Source: Klebsormidium nitens
Taxonomy: Eukaryota > Plantae > Klebsormidiophyceae
Direction of reading: 5' to 3'
NCBI GenBank assembly: GCA_000708835.1
Contig: DF237526.1
Location: 1-56,738 of the forward strand
Length of the DNA: 56,738 nt
The notes under the pieces: generated by a model
Seen by the model: the letters and a program-made list of their open reading frames with translations, nothing else
What the model was told of the DNA's origin: nothing
The model's database searches: none
In this document: positions 48,601 to 56,738 of the stretch, piece by piece
Numbering within the stretch: the first letter of the stretch is position 1
How the letters are laid out: each line of letters starts with the position of its first letter
Made by a program: the position numbers and the translations under genes

Positions 48601-51600
48601 GCAAGCTTGAGGCGGCATACCTTGATGGAGGAGAAGAGGGAGGCGACCCCTGACTGCGACCAGTCGCGGCCGATGAGCGGCGCGATCTGGCCCATGAGGT
48701 CGGACCTGGTGATTGTCCCGTCGACGTCAGAGATGATGACGCGGCTGTTCCACTTCCACAGGTGGATCGTGGCGTCCACCTGAGCGGGAGAAAGAACACT
48801 CTCAGGAACGCAGCTTGCAGCAGAATCAGTTCCAAGCTTTCCAGGTCCAAATATCTCGGATCTTTAAGCAGATAAGTTTCCAACGAGTGTCGCGATGTGA
48901 GTAACAGGAGCGCTTCTCTACAGTTGTTGGGCGTCATCGCAGAAGCTTCCACCAAACCCATGCGTTGCTCCCTTTCAGCCTTGCAATGGTATCGCTGTCG
49001 CGGGCAATCTGTGAGGAAGAAGAAGTGCCGTACTCTTCTTCCGTTAGCACACTCTCGTGTGCCTTGCAAGTCGCGTAAGAAAGGTGACAGCCACGCCAAG
49101 AGTCCCCGTCGCTCTGTGCAACCAGCCGAACGGCCAACGCAGAGCAAAGTCAGCAATAACTCTTGCTTCCCTAAAACGCAAATGGTGGAGGAGAAGCTGA
49201 TCTTGTTCTTGTCCTCCTGACACCACCCTCTGTTGCACCTCTGGAATTCCGGACTCTAATTCCGAAGGCCAGCATAAAGTGCGGCAATCACCTCTTGCTT
49301 GCCCCACACGCGCGTGGTGAAGGAGAAAGTAATCTTGTTCTTGCCGTCCTGCAGGTTGAGCGACGCCAGCTCCTCGCTCGTGGGGATCAGCGTGCGCAGC
49401 TTGCACTTACGCTTGCGCCGCACCAGCGGCCGCGGCGGGGTCGCCTGCACCGCCTACACAGAAGAAAGAATCGTGTACATTTTCCTCCTCTAGCTCGTCC
49501 ATTCCGTTCCTTTTGTTATGCTTTACTACATCTTCTGTCTTCGATTCAAAAGACTAGTAAGATTACCTGCTTTCGAAAGATGCTGACGGCAATCAAGCAA
49601 ATATAAAGCCTGCTCGTGTGAGGAAGACGGAATTGGCGCTGCGAGAATGCACTGATGTTCTGCAAGAGCAGCCTAGCTTGCAGGTGACATGTTAAAACGT
49701 GGTTTCCGAAACAGAATGTTGCGAAATGCTGAATTATGGGGCTGCCGTGAGCCGGTTGAGCATTTTGCAATCAATATCGCCACCGACTTGCTCAGGCTGG
49801 TGAGGACCGGACGGCCAGCTTGCCTGTGCTCAAACAACCATTCCTGGAACCCAAAAACAGCGCCCCACAGGACAATGAGAGAAGCACAGAGCAAGACAAG
49901 GAACGCAAAAAACGGAACCTGAAAAGTAGCAAAACCAAAGGACGAACTCAGCAGCCGAGTCTCACCTCTGCAAGCTCCGGCGAAGTTGTCCTGGATCTTG
50001 TCCAGCGCCAACTGGCGTGCGCGGCTGTTTTCCAGGCCCACGTGGCCATGAAGGTAACAGAAGAGTAGCGCCTTGCACTTTAAGAAGGAAAACAGAAAGA
50101 AATGACCAGGCACATGCAAAGCCAAAACAAAAATCAGTCGGACAGAAAACGATCCAGCAACTGAATTCCCACCTCTGTAGGCTCCGGCGAAGTTGTCCTG
50201 GATCGCGTCCCCCCACCTTCCGGCGTGCGCGGCCGCTGCCCGGGCCCACGTGAACCAAAGGGCCACAGCCGCCAGCCAGCTGCGCCCGGCTGGGCCGCGT
50301 CCTCGCCCTCCGGCTTGGGCGGCTCCCGCTTCTCAACGGGAATCGCCCCGTCAAACTCGGTGCCTGAATAGCGAAAGCGGGAAAAAGGCTCGATTTGGGT
50401 GTTGAATACAGACATTGAAGGCTCGCTTTCTGCCGTAAATTGAATACCTTAAGCTTGAGCTGCGAAGCGGGTTCGGTTTGGGGCTCCTGCTTCTCGACCA
50501 GGTCACCCGTCCAACTCGGTGCCTGAGCAGCAACACAAAGGCTCGGGTGCCGAGATATTTCCATACTTAGCTTTTGAATGAGGGTTCTATTCAGGATTTG
50601 GGTTGGATGGCTCCCGCGCATAAAGAGAGGACCAAGTGACCTGAACACGTACTTAAGCAGATACGAGGCTTGGGTTGTGGAAGAGGTCCTCCAGGCTGAC
50701 AATTCGACTTAGATATGTTACGAACCCAAGGTTCCTCTTGCTTCCGGCTCAAAGTCCGATGGCACAAGCTCCCTTGAACACTGAAAGCTGCCAAGCTTGG
50801 TTTGGCATCCGAGCAGGCCACACATGCGGCGAGCTAGTGCAGTTCGCGTCAAAGCATGCGCTGTGGTGCATCGTTAGTCCCCTAAAATCCGCAGTCGGTC
50901 TAACGATCAATGGTGACAGCAAGTTAGACTAACTTTCCAAATTGATGCCACGAGTCGATTCAAACTGAAGCAAGCATTGGGCTCGAGAAGTCGGACTAAC
51001 GAACCCTGAAATACGTCAAATTAGGTGACCTGGCATATGACCTTACGGCTGGAATGCCCCACCAATTGCAGTGAAAACGGGGCTCACCGTTATAAGTAGG
51101 TACAACGCGCCCGAAGGCCAGCATTCCGAGCAGCGTGGGGGCGACCACTTTCCAGGGGTAGTAGCGGCCCCCGACGCGGCACACGAGGCGCTCATTGCTT
51201 ATGAGAGCCTGCGGCCCGCTTATGAACTTGTCGAAGGACACTGCCTCGGACTCGAACGCGGCTTGAGCAGCTTCGACACCCATCCCTGCATTCCAGAAGC
51301 GTACTCGTTGGGTTGATTGGTCGGAGAACCAGGAGCTTGCTCAAACGGCATGGTTCGAGTGTCAGCATAGGAAAAGGGAAGCTTGCATGTCGAAAAGCTT
51401 TAGATGCACCCATGCTCCATGCAAAAACGACTGTTGATCGAAAACAAGGATACCTTCCGTTCATAGCAACTGATCTCGAGCAGAGGGACCGAGATGCGAA
51501 AATTTCCTCGATCTTCTGGCTCACGGGAAGACAACAAATATCAACCACCATGCCAGCACAACCAACTCAAGAGCCCCTCCTGTGGTCAACCCGGCATTCG

Positions 51601-54600
51601 CTTCGAACGAGCACGCACTCACGACTAAACCCCTCGTGGAAGGATTGACGTACCTGGCAGCAGCAAATGTCTGCAAAGCGACAGCTCCATCGCAGTCTCC
51701 GCCTTCTCCTTGACCACTGCAAATTCCGCCCCCACCGTATCCCCTCCCTCCCTGTCCGACACCGCAGCACGCAGCGGGTCCGAAGAGTCAAACACTTTCT
51801 CGCCTTCCAGGGAACGGGCACTGGGCAAGGCCTCCGGGTTAGCCAAACCCTCTCTCGACTCCCCGTCCCTTGACCGGGCCTCTTCTCTTCCCAAACTCGC
51901 TGCCAACTCTCCACTTCTCATACGTGCTTCTTCCGGGTTAGCCAAACCCGTCCCCGAAACCATCGTTCTGAGAGGGGAGCTCCGACACAGGGGGGGCTTC
52001 CCGAGGTTCCTGTTAGAGATCGGGGCTTCGTTCGGAGGGGTGCTCTGAGTCGTCCCGGGTTCGGTGCCGGGTTTCGAGTCCGGGTTAAGCACAATAGGCG
52101 TGTTGATCCCAGAGACAGGCGCTGACTGTGAGAGCGGCTGGTTGAGAATCTCCCTTAGACCCGAAACCGAGCCCCTGTGCTGCGTACCATCTTTGCGGGA
52201 AACAGCTGTCGAACCTTCCAGCCGTTCTAACCTGTCCCTGATTTCGGCATATGCCGGCTCGTGAGAATGAAAACCGGCCCCCGGTCCCGGTAACGAGGCC
52301 GCTCGTCGAACCCCCGGTTCGTCCGTTGCCGCAACACCGTTCAAGACGTTACTGCCGGGAATGACCACTGGAGCGCTTCGGACACTGTGGAGGGGGGTCG
52401 AACCAGGCTGGACATCGAACCCCCTGAACTGGTTTTCTGGCTCCGCAGGTACGTCTTCAGCATTGGGTGTGGGCTCCGGCGCTGACTGCTCCTCGGAAGC
52501 GCTGTCCACGGCCGCCCTCTTCTCGTCCTGCTTCTGCTTTTCTACGAACGCTGCTTCCGCCTCGCTCTCATCCTGGGGATCCACAACTCCTGTGTCTCCG
52601 CTCGTCGCGTCCTTTTCTCTGTCAAGAAACTGCGCCGCCAGCTCCTGCTTCAGGCGACTGCGGAAAGCCCTTGAGAGCACTCCCTTGCCCCCCTCCCCGT
52701 CAATCGCACCCGCCGATAACAGACCCCCGTCCCCTTTGCCACTTCCGCCAACCCCAGACAGAATCTTTCTCAACCGCTGCTCCTCCCACTTCTTACTCCT
52801 GCCCCTCAGGAGCTCATCCAAACGCTCCCCCTCTTCACCACCCACCGTCTTCTTATACGCCGCCACCGCCTCCGCCAAATCCATCCCGTCCCATAGGCGG
52901 AGGGGCTCTTCTTTCAGCCGCTCCTCGGTCCGCTGCTCCTCTTCCAGGCTTTCCACCAGCAGCTTGTTCTCAAGCTCCGCCATAATGATGCTGGCTTCCA
53001 CCGCATGGCCCCCCGCCGTGAGATCAATCTCAATATCGTCCCCGTCACTCTCGCTGTCCTTTCGGGACAGCTTGCGCTTCCACGGCCGGCTTTGGTACCG
53101 CGGATCGATCTGCTGGGGTGCAACGGAAGCCTTCGCTTCGTCCCGCTCTCCCTCGTTCGCCATCCCGCCTTCGCTTGCGCTTTCGCCGTCTCTATCGCCC
53201 TCCGCAATCTCGTCGATTCTCGCAAAGGAGCTCCGGATCCGCGTCCCGGGCGCGTCGCTGAAACCCCCGCTGCTAGTTCTGTGCGCCAACGCCTGCAGTC
53301 CCTCCTTCTTGAACCCCACCTTTCCGGGCCGCTTGACCGCCTTTAATGACCCCTCAGCTTTCTCCCTAAGAAGGTCGTCGGCAAGGCTCGACAGCACCGC
53401 TTCTACTTCCCTTTCATCGCGCTTCGCAGGCGACTCATGCTTGCCCCGCTTCAGCCCCGCAATCGCACCTGTGAAGTCCTCCCCTGGCTCCGGAACAGCG
53501 TCTTCCTTCTTCTCTGGAGCGGGGCCCCAGATCATCTTCTGCTTCAGCACCCCGTCCAAGTCTTCCTGGAAGTCGCTGTTCACATCCAACCTCCCCCCCT
53601 TCCTGCTGAACCCCTCCTGACTCTCTGTCCGCTGCAATCTCCGCACTGGTGTCTGGACTGGCGGCGGCGCAGCCCCCGTCCCGAATAACCGGCTGAAGAT
53701 CGAGCGCGGGGGTTGCTGGCTGCCGCGTTCCGAACCTTCTCCTTCCCGCCCAGAGCTTTCACCCTCCTGATTGAACACCCCGAAATCAGCAAACGAGTTG
53801 CGCGCGCTCTCAAACCCGAGAATGACCTCCTTGGGGTCGTTGACGTCCTCGTTCCCTGTCTGGTACGAGCTCTTCCTGCTGGAGCCCCCCTCGCTCTGGC
53901 TCGGCCGCCCGCTTATGTGCGGATCGAGCCCCTCGGGGGAGCTCTTATACCACCAGCTACCCCAGCCCCACGACGCCTTATCTGGATGCTCCTGCATCAC
54001 AGCCTCTTCTTCAGCGGAAGTTCTTCGGCTCAGGTCACCCCAACTGCTTGACCTCCGAACTTGACTCCCTTTTCCCTCGCCGGCCTTGCCTTCAACGAAA
54101 TTAATTGGGGGCTTCAGCAGGGGGGGCGACGCTTCCACTGCTTTTGCTGCTTTTCGCACCACTTTCCGCCAGGCCAAATCACGCTCCAGGATCGCCTGCT
54201 CCTCAACAGTTATGGAACTCTCCGGCGTCGCGCTGGCGGCCCCCTCTCTCATGTCCGTGTCTTCGAAGCTGTACCCCTTGCCCTCCACTTTGGGAGACAT
54301 TGACAACACCGAGCGGAGCTCGACTTCGGCGGGAGAAAGGGGGCCTGCCGGCGGGGCGGAGGACGAGCGGCCGTGACCTCGAGGAAACATCGGAGGGGCC
54401 TCAGACTCCCCACCGAAGCTTTTGGATCTCAGCTCATCGGAAGGAGGCTCCTTAGATGTGCCAGGTCTCTCCACCCCCTCCAGGCTGTCAGTTGACTTCT
54501 CTGAGCCTCCAAGAGCGTCCCCCGTCTCACTCTCACGACCATCCCTCTCTGGATCTTTCCGGGGGGGTTCAGCGGGCCTCTCTTCTGCCTTGGCGGCTTC

Positions 54601-55989
54601 CCCCTCAGAATCGAGAACCAGCCCCTGCCCTTCCTTCAGGCTCCCCAAGTCTTCGAGCGTCGCCTCCTTATAGTTGCCGGACGGCGTTTCTAGAAGCAGC
54701 TGGGGGACGGCTCGAGAGGCCTCGTCGCCAGAGGACCCCCCGGGAGAGAACATGGAGGTGGGGTCAGCCTCGCTGACCAGTTCCTCTACTTCTTTCTCAT
54801 GGAGAAAGTACGCCTGCGAAAGGGGGTTATGGCTGAGTAGGGAAGCGAACTAATGCTTCTTCAGCAAGAGCTCGCGAAGGAAAGGGAGATCTAGGCTTTG
54901 GTAGAGTTCTCAGGCTTGACACTGCTCTGAAGACAAGTGGTCTTCTCTAATGCCTCACTCTTGTTGCAAGGATGACTTTCAAGGGCAGAATCTTTGTTCA
55001 GCTTCTTCAAGTTGTAGGCACCTGTTTTATATGGTGGAGAAAGCGCCTTTGAGCTGTGGCGATTAGCATTTTCCACAAAGGGTCCAACTGCTGATAGATG
55101 ACAACGTGGCTTATATGTACGCCCTACTGAAGCTAATAGCATTGCGCGTCGAAGTAAGCTTGCCGTGACAAAAGCACTACGCAAAACAGCAAAACCCCTC
55201 CTCAAAGAACTTCCCTTTGACAGGCATTTTTAAGCATCTGCAAAGGGTCGCTTCTTATCGCGCCATTTAACCTAACCATCCAGCTCCAGCTTTCAAACAC
55301 CTTGAAAGATTGTTGCAAGCACGTGCGACCTGGCAGCTCATAATTACAACGCGTATAAGAGACTCGAACTAGGTGGAACAGACAGTTTCAGGCAGAAGAT
55401 CTTACGAAGAGGTGAATCAAACGCATCCAGCGACCGGTCTACTTGCCAAGCAAACACCTCCACATCCTGCGCAGACCTCAGACTGAGCCAAGCGTTCCTA
55501 AGATCCTAAAGCAGATGCTTCAGCTTTCAATGTCAACCTCCGTCCAAATTGATAGTTGCGCTCATTGAGCACCAGCAACCCCGGCCTCGCTCGTCGCTAA
55601 CACTCTCAGGAAACCCTCCAGGACGCTTTTTAGAACACACCCTCTTGAAAAGATAGCACAAACGAAGACGTGAAGAAGATAGACAGTAGACACCTACTAA
55701 GAGGTGGGAGGTAGAAAGTGAGGTCCTCATGCATAAACCCTCTCACCTGGCCCCTGTGATCCAAGTACATGCAGAAATTGGCCCCTACGCCATTCACTGA
55801 CACGTTGACCACCTTCTCACGCCGCTTGAGAACTCCCTGAAACTTGCCAAAACGGACGTAGAAGGGCGTGCTCTTGAAAGTGCCATCCTCCTGCCTGACG
55901 ACGATGATGTCAACAGCGCCCCCGAAAGGGTGGAAGGGGCCGGAGACCGTGTTGAGGCCCCCGGCCATGATTTGACCAAATGAATACAT
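45655..55989 (-). CDS. PAH: Lipin/PAH Mg-dependent phosphatidate phosphatase, 9 exons, ~1857 aa, with a very long low-complexity insert and a charged C-terminal extension
   Basis: Exons 55989-55747, 54813-51654, 51285-51088, 50363-50173, 49444-49292, 48779-48621, 48292-48133, 47579-47407, 46791-45655 in phase. N-LIP ([34 protein letters not shown]), M-Lip (MELSLC), C-LIP/LNS2 with catalytic [27 protein letters not shown] and [10 protein letters not shown]. Confidence 0.93.
46905..50522 (-). repeat. Exon-edge duplicates in lipin introns (46905-46936, 47313-47345, 49155-49219, 49961-50050, 50448-50522)
   Basis: Each is a diverged copy of the nearest exon end including its splice site, placed on the intronic side of that exon. 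Confidence 0.75.
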
Positions 55990-56738
55990 AGCTGCGTTTG
56001 GAGGGAGCACCCTCAAAGTGGTTCTTTTGCTCCTTAGGCCTTACACCGTCCCATGCTTTAATGCCTCTGTCAGACTTTTCCAAAGCTTTTTTCCGACTTG
56101 ACTACTGGTGACCTGCCGACGCAGTAAATTGCACCACTGAGAACTTGCAAGAAGCAGCGCCCGAAAAACGAAGTGGCCCAATCTGGGACAGGCACGAATG
56201 TCTAGCGTCTAGCTTTTGAAAACCTGGCTCCAGACCGTAGGGCTATCGCTGTATGCCCTAGGAGAGACGCTCCAGCCTCCTTCCCCTGCCTGGCCCGGGG
56301 CCCTGCGTGCTGCGGTTGGATGAGAAAGTAGGGCAGCCATGCCACGTAGGCAAGCTAGAGAATGAATCTTTTCAGACCATGCAGATTCTCTGACGCCGTA
56401 ATACCGTACGCTATGACTTCATACTTGCCCCATGCAAATAGGTAGGGTACCGAGTCGGACTGACTACCTACCTAACCCTTCGGCGCTGATCGGTTTATCG
56501 GTTTGCTATGACGACCGGGAATATCTTAGGCTACGCGAATTTGATATGGGGTTTCCGGTCCACCCCCTTCGGGGGTGGGTCGGTCGGTCGGCGTAAAATA
56601 ATAAATTTTGAAATTGAAATAAATTCGGCCGAACCTGCCACGTCATCTACTTTTGCGGCTAGCCCATACGGGGCCCACCGGAACCGCGGAAAATGGCTCT
56701 GATTTCGGGTAGAATCCGGGAATTTCAAGTCTTCGTTA

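Noticed and set aside
49444-49453. Tandem in-frame acceptors (tag|gcggtgcag|gcg) in lipin
   Set aside because: At most a 3-aa difference in a disordered linker; common and not informative without RNA data.
52361-53620. 419-aa + strand ORF and other long ORFs overlapping lipin exon 2
   Set aside because: Antisense shadows of a GC-rich coding exon; Ser/Pro-rich with no domain.

Overview
Intron-rich eukaryotic genomic DNA with compact GT-AG introns of roughly 0.2-1.2 kb. Gene content and style suggest a streptophyte green alga, Klebsormidium-like; this is inference, not a database result. I assembled six multi-exon genes by hand, checking exon phase at each junction: a PAO/Tic55-family Rieske oxygenase (+), a YTHDC1-like m6A reader with an RS-rich tail (-), an FkbM-type methyltransferase (+), cohesin SMC1 (-, 19 exons, about 1230 aa), a FAM228-like protein (+, 5' end unresolved) and a very large lipin/PAH phosphatidate phosphatase (-, about 1860 aa). 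There is also a UbiA-family prenyltransferase broken by a 1-nt frameshift, a decayed F-box/kelch-like pseudogene, a 199-bp MITE with a 9-bp target-site duplication and telomere-like core, and a ~360-bp foldback element. The most unusual signal is in SMC1 and lipin introns, which hold at least 11 decayed copies of the adjacent exon edge together with its splice site. Acceptor+5' copies lie upstream of the real exon and 3'+donor copies lie downstream. Several keep an intact AG or GT, one would add 26 aa in frame, and one forms a stop-containing cassette exon. No rRNA, tRNA or CRISPR array was recognised.
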